In this document: positions 9,280-18,609 of the stretch, piece by piece
Numbering within the stretch: the first letter of the stretch is position 1
Layout of the letters: every line of letters starts with the position of its first letter
NCBI GenBank assembly: GCA_949287075.1
Contig: CASEEU010000086.1
Location: 204-64,203, forward strand
Length of the DNA: 64,000 nt
Source of the DNA: an uncultured Eubacteriales bacterium
Lineage (GTDB): Bacteria; Bacillota; Clostridia; TANB77; CAG-508
Reading direction: 5' to 3'
Notes under the pieces: model-generated
What the model saw: the letters and a program-made list of their open reading frames with translations, nothing else
Databases searched by the model: none
Told to the model about the DNA's origin: nothing
Made by a program: the position numbers and the translations under genes

Positions 9280-9424
9280 CGGTATGTACCTCCTTATAAT
9301 TTATAGTTATCTATTATTATACCACAAATTAACATAAAAATCAAAAAGCATATTCATTTTTATATTGTAAAATCCTAAAAAATGGTATATAGTTATAATG
9401 AAATAAATTAAAGGAGTGTGTTTT

Positions 9425-10504
9425 ATGAATTATCCAGAAAACTTAAAAAAGGGAGATACCATAGGAATTTGTGCACCATCAGGAGGAATCTCTGAAGAAG
9501 ATGCAATCAAAAAATTAGAATTAGCAGAAAAACAATTACAAGAAATGGGATATAAAATCATAGAAACAGAAAGTGTAAGAAAAGAAGAAAGAGGAAGAAG
9601 TGCATCAGGAAAGCAAAGAGCAAAAGAATTTATGGAATTATTAGAAAATGATGATGTAAAATTAATCATATTTGCACAAGGGGGAGATTTTCTAGTAGAA
9701 ATGATACCATACTTGGATTTTGAAAAAATAGAAACGTTAAAACCAAAATGGATGCAAGGATATTCCGATATTACAGGTATCAATTATTTGTGGAATATGA
9801 TGTTAGAAAGACCATCTATATATTGTGAAAATGTAAAAGATTATGCCATGAGACCATTATTCAGAAACTTAACAGATGCTTTAAAAATTGCAAGTGGAGA
9901 AGAAATTGAACAAACATCATTTGAAAAACATGAAGAAATCATTGATTTTAGAGTAGAACAACCAGAACAACCTCTTAAAAATCAAGAAAGTATAGAAGAT
10001 ATTCAAGACGAAACAAAAAAATTAGAAAAAGGATATAACTTAACACAAGAAACCAAATGGATTAATTTAAAAGGTGAAGAAAAGATAGAATTTAGAGGAA
10101 GAGCCATTGGTGGTTGTTTAGACTGTGTAAAAGCTTTTATTGGAACAAAATATGATCATGTAAAAAAGTATATTGAAACATATAAAGAAGATGGAATTGT
10201 ATGGTTCTTAGAAGTTTTTGAAATGAGTTCACCAACTGTACTTTTAACATTATGGCAAATGAGAGAAGCAGGATATTTCAAAAATTGTAATGGTATCATA
10301 TTTGGTCGACCATTATTTATTAGAAATGATTACGATACAGACTTTAATCAAACAGTAAGAGACGTTTTAGGAGACTTAAATATACCAATTATTTGTGATG
10401 CAGATGTAGGACATGTTTCACCACAGCTTGCTATGGTAAATGGAGCCATATTAGAAATTACTTCTCAAGATGGAAAGGGAAAAGTGAAAACAATTTTGAA
10501 ATAG
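9425..10504 (+). CDS. LD-carboxypeptidase / MccF-like serine peptidase (S66 family)
   Basis: GDTIGICAPSGG, the nucleophile region GYSDITG, and the C-terminal GHV motif. AGGAG lies upstream of the ATG at 9425. Confidence 0.75.
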   Translation: MNYPENLKKGDTIGICAPSGGISEEDAIKKLELAEKQLQEMGYKIIETESVRKEERGRSASGKQRAKEFMELLENDDVKLIIFAQGGDFLVEMIPYLDFEKIETLKPKWMQGYSDITGINYLWNMMLERPSIYCENVKDYAMRPLFRNLTDALKIASGEEIEQTSFEKHEEIIDFRVEQPEQPLKNQESIEDIQDETKKLEKGYNLTQETKWINLKGEEKIEFRGRAIGGCLDCVKAFIGTKYDHVKKYIETYKEDGIVWFLEVFEMSSPTVLLTLWQMREAGYFKNCNGIIFGRPLFIRNDYDTDFNQTVRDVLGDLNIPIICDADVGHVSPQLAMVNGAILEITSQDGKGKVKTILK

Positions 10505-10581
10505 TCACTGAAAAATAACAAAATAATATATTAATAATGGATAAAACGATTAAATATAATAAAACTGAAAGGAAAGTGAAT

Positions 10582-11205
10582 CATATGAAAGTATTATTAG
10601 TGAATGGAGGACCACATAAAGAAGGATGTACATATACAGCTTTAAAAGAAGTAGAAAAACAATTAAACAAACAAGATATAGAAACAGAAATATTTTGGTT
10701 AGGTGTAAAACCAGTAGCAGGTTGTATTGGATGTGGTAGTTGTAAAAATACAGGAAAATGTTTTGTAGATGATAAGGTAAATGAATTTATTGAAAAAGCA
10801 AAAGAAGCAGACGGATTTGTATTTGGAACACCAGTACATTTTGCCTCAGCAACAGGAGCTATTACTTCATTTATGGACAGAGTATTTTATGCAGGAAAAC
10901 CAGTATTTCAAAATAAATTAGGAGCTTGTGTAGTAAGTTGTAGAAGAGGAGGAGCTACTTCAACTTTTGACCAATTAAATAAATATTTTACAATTAATAA
11001 TATGCCAATTGTATCATCACAATATTGGAATATGGTACATGGAAATACTCCAGAAGAAGTAGTACAAGATGAAGAAGGTATGCAAACAATGAGAACATTA
11101 GGAAATAATATGGCATGGCTATTAAAATGTATTGAACAAGGTAAAAAGGCAGGAATAGAAGTACCTGAAAAAGAACAACCAATCAAAACAAATTACATAA
11201 GATAA
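10582..11205 (+). CDS. Flavodoxin-family protein (iron-sulfur flavoprotein-like NAD(P)H-dependent FMN reductase)
   Basis: MKVLLVNGGPHKEG, the Cys cluster GCIGCGSCKNTGKC, and FGTPVHFASATG. Confidence 0.6.
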   Translation, partial: HMKVLLVNGGPHKEGCTYTALKEVEKQLNKQDIETEIFWLGVKPVAGCIGCGSCKNTGKCFVDDKVNEFIEKAKEADGFVFGTPVHFASATGAITSFMDRVFYAGKPVFQNKLGACVVSCRRGGATSTFDQLNKYFTINNMPIVSSQYWNMVHGNTPEEVVQDEEGMQTMRTLGNNMAWLLKCIEQGKKAGIEVPEKEQPIKTNYIR

Positions 11206-11408
11206 GAGAAATATAAAATGGAGATGGTTTGGAAACTGGAAAAATCACGGATAAACATAAGAAATATAAGGGAGAAGTAAAAAATGTCTGAAAATTTTGA
11301 AAATAAAGGAACAGAAATAAAATAACAGAGAAGGGTTAAATTTCTTAAAATAAATATGAAAAATAGAATATAAAAATAGGACAAAAATAAAAACAAGAGG
11401 AAGAAGAA

Positions 11409-12164
11409 ATGAACAAAAATGAAACAATTGGAATCTTTGATTCAGGAATAGGAGGCGTCACTGTATTAAGAGAAATCTTAAAAGTATTACCAAATGAAAA
11501 TTATATCTATTATAGTGATTCTAAAAATAATCCTTATGGAGATAAAAGTGATGACCAAATTAATGAATTATGTGAAAATATAGTAAATTTATTTATTGAA
11601 CAAAAATGTAAGGCAATTGTCATTGCTTGCAATACAGCAAGTGCCAAATCAGCTCAATATTTGAGGGAAAAGTATAGAAATATACTATTTATAGCAATTG
11701 AACCAGCCTATAAAATGGTGTATGATTATGCATATAATGAACCAACTTTGGTGTTGGCAACAAAAGGAACGATTGAAAGTGAAAAATTTAATCTTTTATA
11801 TCATACATATGATAATCATAAAACCATTTTACTTCCATGTGTAGGACTAGCAGATATCATAGAAGAGGGGAATAGAGAAAAAATAAAAAAATATTTGAAG
11901 GAACATTTGGAATCATATAGAGGAAAAGTAAAAAACGTAGTTCTAGGTTGCACACATTATCCATTGATACAAGATGAAATACAAGAAGTGTTAGGAGAAG
12001 TTACATTTTTTAATGGAGCACCATATTTGGCAAAACACTTAAAAGAGGTTTTAGAAGAAAAAGATTTGAGTAACAATAAGGGGAAAAAAGGTACAATACA
12101 ATTTATAGATTCATCTAATGATGAACAAAAGAGAAAAAGATTTTTTGAAATCTTAGAGAAATAA
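11409..12164 (+). CDS. murI: Glutamate racemase
   Basis: IGIFDSGIGGVTVL, plus the catalytic Cys motifs IACNTAS and LGCTHYP. Confidence 0.9.
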   Translation: MNKNETIGIFDSGIGGVTVLREILKVLPNENYIYYSDSKNNPYGDKSDDQINELCENIVNLFIEQKCKAIVIACNTASAKSAQYLREKYRNILFIAIEPAYKMVYDYAYNEPTLVLATKGTIESEKFNLLYHTYDNHKTILLPCVGLADIIEEGNREKIKKYLKEHLESYRGKVKNVVLGCTHYPLIQDEIQEVLGEVTFFNGAPYLAKHLKEVLEEKDLSNNKGKKGTIQFIDSSNDEQKRKRFFEILEK

Positions 12165-12221
12165 AAAGCATTTCAGATAGGACAAGTAAAAAAGAAAATG
12201 TAATATGAAGGGTGTAGATGT

Positions 12222-12761
12222 ATGAAAATATTAAGAAATGAATTAAAAAGTGAACTACATATTAGAACACAAAAAGACTTTCCACAAGAAGGAATAGAAT
12301 TTATTGATATTATGCCATTAATTATACAGAAAGAAACTTTTAAAGAAATTGTTGATAGATTCATAGAAGAAATAAAAGATAAAAAAGTGGAATATATCGT
12401 GGGAGCAGAAGCAAGAGGATTTATTATAGGAGCAGCAGTAGCAAGTAAATTAGACATTGGATTTGTACCAGTTAGAAAAGCAGGAAAATTACCACCAATA
12501 ACAGTAGAAAAACAATTTGCGTATGAAAAAGAATATGGAAAAGACAAAATGGAGTTACCTAAATTAGTTAGTGAAGAATATAGTGGAAAAAGAATATATA
12601 TGATTGATGATATATATGCGACAGGAAATACTATGAAGGCAATGAAACAAGCAATAGAAGAAGTTGGAGGGATTGTTGTAGGACAAGGCGTGATTATGAA
12701 TATAAAAGAATTAAATAATGCAAAAGATGTATATTCTTTATTAGATATAAATGAAGGGTAA
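12222..12761 (+). CDS. apt: Adenine phosphoribosyltransferase
   Basis: FPQEGIEFIDIMPL, VGAEARGFIIG, and the PRPP motif IYMIDDIYATGNT. Confidence 0.9.
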   Translation: MKILRNELKSELHIRTQKDFPQEGIEFIDIMPLIIQKETFKEIVDRFIEEIKDKKVEYIVGAEARGFIIGAAVASKLDIGFVPVRKAGKLPPITVEKQFAYEKEYGKDKMELPKLVSEEYSGKRIYMIDDIYATGNTMKAMKQAIEEVGGIVVGQGVIMNIKELNNAKDVYSLLDINEG

Positions 12762-12788
12762 AGAAATGTCCTTTTGAGGACATTTCTT

Positions 12789-13217
12789 TTATAAATATTT
12801 TTTTAATCTTTCAACATTGTTTTCTTGAAATTGAATAAAGTTTGTCAAAATATTTTTTATTTCAGGAGTTGTCTCTGGATTATTGTTTAATAATTTGACA
12901 CCTTCAATAATTCCCATATTGGTTCCTTTAATCAACATTTCAGCGATTTTAGAGTCAGAATTATCTGTTAAAGTACTCATTTGAATATCAAACCATCCCA
13001 TCATTTTTTGAGCTGGATTTAATTCTTTAGGAAATTCTTCATATTTTCCAAGTTCTGCATTTACATCATTTAAAATGGTGTTATATTGATTATATTCAGA
13101 TTGCAAATCATCTTTTAACTGTTCATCTGTTACCTTTTCAGCAATTGAAGAAATAGAGTCCATTCCCATTTTAATTCCTTTATTAATTTCGTTTAAAATA
13201 TATTCAGGTCTATTCAT
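12789..13217 (-). CDS. Hypothetical all-helical protein (four-helix-bundle-like)
   Basis: 142-aa ORF with RBS GGAGGT. No catalytic motif seen. The family is uncertain. Confidence 0.4.
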   Translation of the reverse strand: MNRPEYILNEINKGIKMGMDSISSIAEKVTDEQLKDDLQSEYNQYNTILNDVNAELGKYEEFPKELNPAQKMMGWFDIQMSTLTDNSDSKIAEMLIKGTNMGIIEGVKLLNNNPETTPEIKNILTNFIQFQENNVERLKKYL

Positions 13218-13393
13218 TCTTATACCTCCTAATTTTCGAAAAATTTAATGATTATAAATTTTATTTGCTATTATTTTTTCTCTAGATTTATTATGTACAA
13301 ATATATAAAAAATATGAATATAATATTTTTTTGCATAAAAAAATAGAAAATGGAAAAAATGTACATATAAAATGAAAGATAGGAGTGAAAAAA

Positions 13394-13828
13394 ATGGAAG
13401 AAATGGTAAATAGGCTAAATGAATTTTTAGCAGACTTAAATGTGTTTTATAGAAAATTACAAAATTATCATTGGAATGTAAAGGGAAAAAATTTTTTTGT
13501 GTTACATGAAAAATTAGAGGAATATTATGACACAATTAATGAACAAATTGATGAAATTGCAGAGCATATATTGACATTAGATAAACAACCATTAGGTACT
13601 ATGAAAGATTATTTAGAAAAAACATGTATAGAAGAAGCACAAAATGCAAAAATAGAAGGAGAAATTGTTTTAGATAAAATCTTAAAAGATTTTGAAATGC
13701 TATTACAAAAAGCAATGACGATAAAGAAATTAGCAGATGAACATCATATATATGCAACTTCTAGTCTAATAGATGATTATATTTTAGAATATAGCAAAGT
13801 TATCTGGATGTTAAAACAACATAAATAA
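13394..13828 (+). CDS. dps: Dps family DNA-protection / ferritin-like protein
   Basis: LNVFYRKLQNYHWNVKGKNFFVLHEKLEEYYD and DEIAEHI (ferroxidase ligands). AGGAG precedes the ATG at 13394. Confidence 0.85.
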   Translation: MEEMVNRLNEFLADLNVFYRKLQNYHWNVKGKNFFVLHEKLEEYYDTINEQIDEIAEHILTLDKQPLGTMKDYLEKTCIEEAQNAKIEGEIVLDKILKDFEMLLQKAMTIKKLADEHHIYATSSLIDDYILEYSKVIWMLKQHK

Positions 13829-13854
13829 AAAAGAAAAAATGTTCGCAAAAAGTA

Positions 13855-13883
13855 TTGACAATTTTTTAATTTGTAGATACAAT
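13855..13883 (+). promoter_or_regulatory. Consensus-like sigma-A promoter of recN
   Basis: TTGACA (13855..13860) - 17 nt - TACAAT (13878..13883). It is bracketed by ATGTTCG (13839..13845) and CGAACAT (13889..13895). Confidence 0.55.
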
Positions 13884-13962
13884 AAAAGCGAACATTTTTT
13901 TAGAAAAAATATGTTCTTAAATAAAAATATTGTTTAATAAAATGAAAGTTGAGGAATGTGTT

Positions 13963-15597
13963 ATGATATCATCATTACATATTAGAAATATAGGAATTAT
14001 AGAGGATTTAAGCATAGATTTTAACAAAGGATTAAATGTGTTAACAGGGGAAACCGGAGCAGGGAAAACTTTAATTATAGATTCTCTTCAAATTATATCT
14101 GGAGGAAGATTTTCAAAAGAAATGATAAGAAAGGGAGAAAATAATTCTTTTGTAGAACTTTGTTTGTATTGTCCAGAAAATGAAAAAGCCATAGAAGGAA
14201 ATATTATTGTTTCGAGAGAAATTAATTTAAATGGTAAAAATATGTGTAAAATTAATGGAAGAATGGTAACGGTGAACGAATTAAAAGAGTTTATGAAACA
14301 GTTTATTGAAGTTCATGGACAAAATGATAACCAAAATTTATTAGATAGTAAATTACATTTGAAATATCTAGATGGATTTATTGGAACAGAAATTTTAGGA
14401 GAAGATAAAAATACATATAGAACATTGTATAATCGCTATTTAGAAATCAAAGACGAATTAAAACAAAACTATGGTGATGATAAAGAAAGACAAAGAAAAT
14501 TAGATTTATTAAGATATCAAACAGAAGAGATTGAAGAAGCAAAGTTAAAAGAAAATGAAGAAGAGGCATTAGAAGAAAAAAGAAACCTATTTTTGAATTC
14601 AGAAAAAATTGTAGAGAATTTAACTGAAGCAGATAATCTATTATCTGAAAATACCATAGATAGTTTAAGTATGGCAATTCGTGCTTTAGAAAAAATAGAA
14701 AGTATTGATAAAAAATATGAAAAAGCAAGTAACAGTTTAAAAAGTTCTTATTACGAATTACAAGAGTTAGCAAGAGATATTAATGGATATAAAGAAGATG
14801 TGTATTTTGATGAAGAAGAAAGAAACAATATAGAAGAAAGATTAGATATTATCTATGCATTAAAAAGGAAATATGGAAATAGTATACAAGAAATATTGGC
14901 GTATAATAAACAAATACAGGAAGAAATTGAACATATAGAAAATTTAGAAGAATATAACAATACATTAAAAAAAGAACTAGAAAAAATAGAAAAAGAAATG
15001 AATACATTAGGGAAAAAGATGAGCACTGTGAGAACAGAATATGCAGAAAAATTAAGTAACTCTATTAATCAGGAATTAGTTGATTTAGAAATGAAGAATG
15101 CGAAAATCAATGTAAAAGTAGAGTATGTAGAAAATGAATTTTTCAAAACAGGAAAAGATATTGTTAAATTTTATATTACGACAAACTTAGGAGAAGATGA
15201 AAAAGAATTATCTAAAATTGCATCAGGGGGAGAAATATCAAGAACTATGTTAGCAATTAAAAAAGTATTAGCAGATACAGATAAGATACCTGTATTGGTA
15301 TTTGATGAAATTGATACAGGAATCAGTGGAAAAGCTGCTAATTCTGTAGCAAGTAAATTAAAAGCAATTGCTAAAAAACATCAAGTTATGTGTATCTCAC
15401 ATTTACCAAATATTGCGGCAGTTGCAGATTATAATTATTTTATTAGTAAAAATGTTAAAGAAGAAAGAACCAAAACACAAATTAGATTATTAAAAGAAGA
15501 TGAAGTTATAGAAGAAATTGCTAGAATTTCTTCTGGGGAAATTAATGAAGTTACTTTACAATATGCATATGAATTAAGAAATAAAAAAGCAAGTTAA
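13963..15597 (+). CDS. recN: DNA repair protein RecN
   Basis: The N-terminus reads LHIRNIGIIEDLSIDFNKGLNVLTGETGAGKT. A long coiled coil follows, then the C-terminal ASGGEISR and Walker B VLVFDEIDTGISG. Confidence 0.9.
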   Translation: MISSLHIRNIGIIEDLSIDFNKGLNVLTGETGAGKTLIIDSLQIISGGRFSKEMIRKGENNSFVELCLYCPENEKAIEGNIIVSREINLNGKNMCKINGRMVTVNELKEFMKQFIEVHGQNDNQNLLDSKLHLKYLDGFIGTEILGEDKNTYRTLYNRYLEIKDELKQNYGDDKERQRKLDLLRYQTEEIEEAKLKENEEEALEEKRNLFLNSEKIVENLTEADNLLSENTIDSLSMAIRALEKIESIDKKYEKASNSLKSSYYELQELARDINGYKEDVYFDEEERNNIEERLDIIYALKRKYGNSIQEILAYNKQIQEEIEHIENLEEYNNTLKKELEKIEKEMNTLGKKMSTVRTEYAEKLSNSINQELVDLEMKNAKINVKVEYVENEFFKTGKDIVKFYITTNLGEDEKELSKIASGGEISRTMLAIKKVLADTDKIPVLVFDEIDTGISGKAANSVASKLKAIAKKHQVMCISHLPNIAAVADYNYFISKNVKEERTKTQIRLLKEDEVIEEIARISSGEINEVTLQYAYELRNKKAS

Positions 15598-15619
15598 AAT
15601 TTATTCATAATTTATTAAA

Positions 15620-15654
15620 ATGACATTTATTGAATATCAATAAATGTCATTTTT
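15620..15654 (+). terminator. Intrinsic terminator of recN
   Basis: atgacatttattga / tcaataaatgtcat, a perfect 14-bp stem with a 3-nt loop, then tttt. Confidence 0.75.
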
Positions 15655-15757
15655 GCAATAATTCATATAAAGTTGTATAGATTTCATGAAATTGTAAAAA
15701 CTGTATATATATGTAAATAGAATATTTTTAGAGCAAGAGTGTTCAAAAGGAGGTTTT

Positions 15758-17023
15758 ATGAAAAAGAGTGCATTAATTAAAAGTGTAGAAGCAATTGAAA
15801 TATTAGACTCAAGAGGAAATCCTACTATTCAAGTAGAAGTCATAACAGAAGAAGGTGTATGTGGGATAGCAGCAGTTCCGTCAGGTGCATCTACAGGAAG
15901 TTTTGAAGCAGTAGAATTACGTGATGGTGAAAAGAATCGCTATCAAGGAAAAGGAGTTACAAAAGCAGTTGAGAATGTGAATAAAAAAATTAGTAAAAAA
16001 ATAATTGGAATGAATGTATTTGAACAAAGAAAAATAGATGAAGAAATGATACGATTAGATGATACTTTAAATAAATCGAATTTAGGGGCAAATGCAATTT
16101 TAGGTGTTTCATTGGCAGTAGCAAAAGCAGCAAGTAATACATTAGGTATGGAATTATATAGATATATAGGAGGCATTCATGCAAAAGAATTGCCTGTTCC
16201 TATGATGAATATATTAAATGGAGGAAAACATTCAGAAAATAATATTAGTATACAAGAATTTATGATTATGCCAATAGGAGATATTACTTTTGCAGAAAGA
16301 TTGAGAAGAGGTGCTGAAATTTATCATACTTTGAAAAAAGTATTAAAGGAAAAGGGATTTGATGTTGGAGTAGGAGATGAAGGAGGATTTGCACCAAATT
16401 TAGATAATGAAGAAATGGCATTAGATGTCATTATGGAAGCAATAACAAAAGCAGGATATGAACCAGGAAAAGAAATAGCTTTAGCATTAGATGTGGCCAG
16501 TACAGAAATGAAAGAAGAAGCAAAAAAAATAGGAAAAGATGGTTATTATTTTTGGAAAACAGATATATTAAAAACAAATGAAGAGATGATAGAATATTTA
16601 GTAAACCTTTGTAAGAAATATCCAATTATATCTATAGAAGACGGATTGGCAGAGGAAGATTGGGATAATTGGAAAATACTAACTGAAAAATTAGGAAATA
16701 AAATACAACTAGTGGGTGATGATTTATTTGTAACCAATATGTCTAGATTAAAAAGAGGAATTGATAAAAAAGTAGCAAATGCAATTTTAATTAAGCCAAA
16801 TCAAATTGGAACTTTAACAGAAACATTAGATACTATTCAAATGGCAAAAGAGAATGGATATAAAACAATTATTTCTCATAGATCAGGAGAGACAGAAGAC
16901 ACAACAATTGCAGATATTGTCGTTGGCATAAACGGTATGCAAATAAAGACAGGAGCTCCTTGTAGAACAGATAGAGTGGCTAAATATAATCGATTATTGA
17001 GAATTGAAAACCAATGTAAATAA
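15758..17023 (+). CDS. eno: Enolase (phosphopyruvate hydratase)
   Basis: [44 protein letters not shown] and SHRSGETED. Confidence 0.9.
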   Translation: MKKSALIKSVEAIEILDSRGNPTIQVEVITEEGVCGIAAVPSGASTGSFEAVELRDGEKNRYQGKGVTKAVENVNKKISKKIIGMNVFEQRKIDEEMIRLDDTLNKSNLGANAILGVSLAVAKAASNTLGMELYRYIGGIHAKELPVPMMNILNGGKHSENNISIQEFMIMPIGDITFAERLRRGAEIYHTLKKVLKEKGFDVGVGDEGGFAPNLDNEEMALDVIMEAITKAGYEPGKEIALALDVASTEMKEEAKKIGKDGYYFWKTDILKTNEEMIEYLVNLCKKYPIISIEDGLAEEDWDNWKILTEKLGNKIQLVGDDLFVTNMSRLKRGIDKKVANAILIKPNQIGTLTETLDTIQMAKENGYKTIISHRSGETEDTTIADIVVGINGMQIKTGAPCRTDRVAKYNRLLRIENQCK

Positions 17024-17053
17024 TAATATAATTGTAATATTAAGAAAAATGAA

Positions 17054-17116
17054 AGGTATTTAATAGTAACTAATCAAAGCAAGTTTGAGAGTTACATATT
17101 AAATACCTTGTTTTTT
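17054..17116. terminator. Bidirectional terminator between eno and the VWA gene
   Basis: aggtatttaata / tattaaatacct, a 12-bp stem with the inner stem gtaac..gttac. T-runs are present on both strands. Confidence 0.65.
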
Positions 17117-17126
17117 ATAAAATATT

Positions 17127-18479
17127 TTAATGTTTCATGATTTTATCTAAAATGTTAAATCTTACAAATGAATAAATTAATAATCCAATAGATGCTATAA
17201 ATAGAGTAATCATAATAGGTGTACCAGCTGCAGGTAATTTAGCAGGTGGTTCTGTAAGTTTTAATTTTGGTGTTACATCAGAAGTATCTTCTACAGTTTC
17301 ACCATTAAAATTGGTATAAGAAATATCAACTTTTTCATTAGTATCTAAGATAGATCCAACAATTTTACTATCAAAATTTTCTTTTAAACTTAGTGTGTAT
17401 TGAACAGTAGCAGTTTCTCCTGGTTGTAATTCAGAAATTGTCCAAGTAATAGAATTATTTTCAGTATTTACATCAGCTGAAATGGTTCCAATGTTTGGTT
17501 CTGAAACATAAGCAAATTCAAAGTTATCGATAATTTCTTGTGGAAAATAATCTGTAATGACAATATCTTTTAATACTTGTTCAATTGGCAATAAGTCATT
17601 GTAAATATCATTGGTAATGGTTTGTTCAATTTCACTATCTTGTATATAATAGAATTTACCAACCGTTGGATTTTCTTCTGTTCCAAAAACTTCCTCAATA
17701 ATATCGGCATATGTTTTATCATCTTGTCTAGTTCCAGGAGTTGAATCAGGATTAGAAATACCTGTAAGTAATGTGATAACATTATATCCAGCTGTTCCTA
17801 AAGATTGTAATTCTGCTTTTGTTTTATTAATGACATCATCAGAATAATAATTCTTATCATAGTTTACAGCAACATTTGGAACACCATCTGTTAAAACAAT
17901 TACATATTTGTTATTATCTTCTTGTGTGAAATATTGACTTGCTAAATTTAATCCAGCTTGTAAATCTGTTCTAGGTCCAGTATATTGAATATTAGAAATA
18001 GCAGATACTAAACTTTGTGGATCTGATGATAAATTAGAAACTAAGTTAGCATCTTCAACAGTTCCTTCCTTAGAAACATCAGCATTTGTTGAGAAACTAA
18101 CAACACCAACTTTTAAATTATCATTTCCTTCTAAAATCGTATTTACTAAAGTATTAGCAGATTCGATAACTAGATCTTCTCTAGTAGTTGTTCCTTCAAC
18201 AACATCTTCCATACTTTGTGAGTTATCAATGACTAACATAATCTCACCTGTTGGTTGCAAAGAAGTTTCTTCATTTGTTACTTGTAATTGAAGTGTAACT
18301 TCTTTATTTGTTAAATCTTTTTCAATTAATCTTTTTTCAAAACTTGAACTATCTCCAATTTCTATTGTACAAACAGGCTCTTCAACGACTGTCATTGTAA
18401 CAGTATCGTAAGATGCAAATGAGATGTTTGCAATTAAAATTAGAATTAAAAATAAAGTAATAAAAACACTTTTCTTCAT
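17127..18479 (-). CDS. Cell-surface VWA-domain protein with signal peptide and an LPAAG-type sorting signal
   Basis: The signal peptide is MKKSVFITLFLILILIANISFA. The MIDAS motif is LVIDNSQSM. The C-terminus reads LPAAG + TPIMITLFIASIGLLIYSFV + RFNILDKIMKH. GGAGG precedes the ATG at 18479. Confidence 0.7.
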   Translation of the reverse strand: MKKSVFITLFLILILIANISFASYDTVTMTVVEEPVCTIEIGDSSSFEKRLIEKDLTNKEVTLQLQVTNEETSLQPTGEIMLVIDNSQSMEDVVEGTTTREDLVIESANTLVNTILEGNDNLKVGVVSFSTNADVSKEGTVEDANLVSNLSSDPQSLVSAISNIQYTGPRTDLQAGLNLASQYFTQEDNNKYVIVLTDGVPNVAVNYDKNYYSDDVINKTKAELQSLGTAGYNVITLLTGISNPDSTPGTRQDDKTYADIIEEVFGTEENPTVGKFYYIQDSEIEQTITNDIYNDLLPIEQVLKDIVITDYFPQEIIDNFEFAYVSEPNIGTISADVNTENNSITWTISELQPGETATVQYTLSLKENFDSKIVGSILDTNEKVDISYTNFNGETVEDTSDVTPKLKLTEPPAKLPAAGTPIMITLFIASIGLLIYSFVRFNILDKIMKH

Positions 18480-18609
18480 ACGTAATCCTCCCATAATTTA
18501 TTTCAATATATATTTTAACACAAGAAATAAAAAATACAACAAATTTGTAGAAAAAAACAAAAAAATGTGCTAAAATAAAACATGCAAATTAAAATAAAAA
18601 GGTGATAAC

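Noticed and set aside
11206-11408. Tiny ORFs (19 and 13 codons) and a purine-rich 200-nt leader upstream of murI.
   Set aside because: They are too short and unconserved-looking to support. I recognised no structure or riboswitch consensus.
15758-17023. Enolase considered as a divergent second copy or pseudogene, because it stands alone rather than in a gap-pgk-tpi-pgm-eno cluster.
   Set aside because: All the catalytic motifs I checked are intact and the ORF is full length. Genomic context alone is not evidence of anything unusual.
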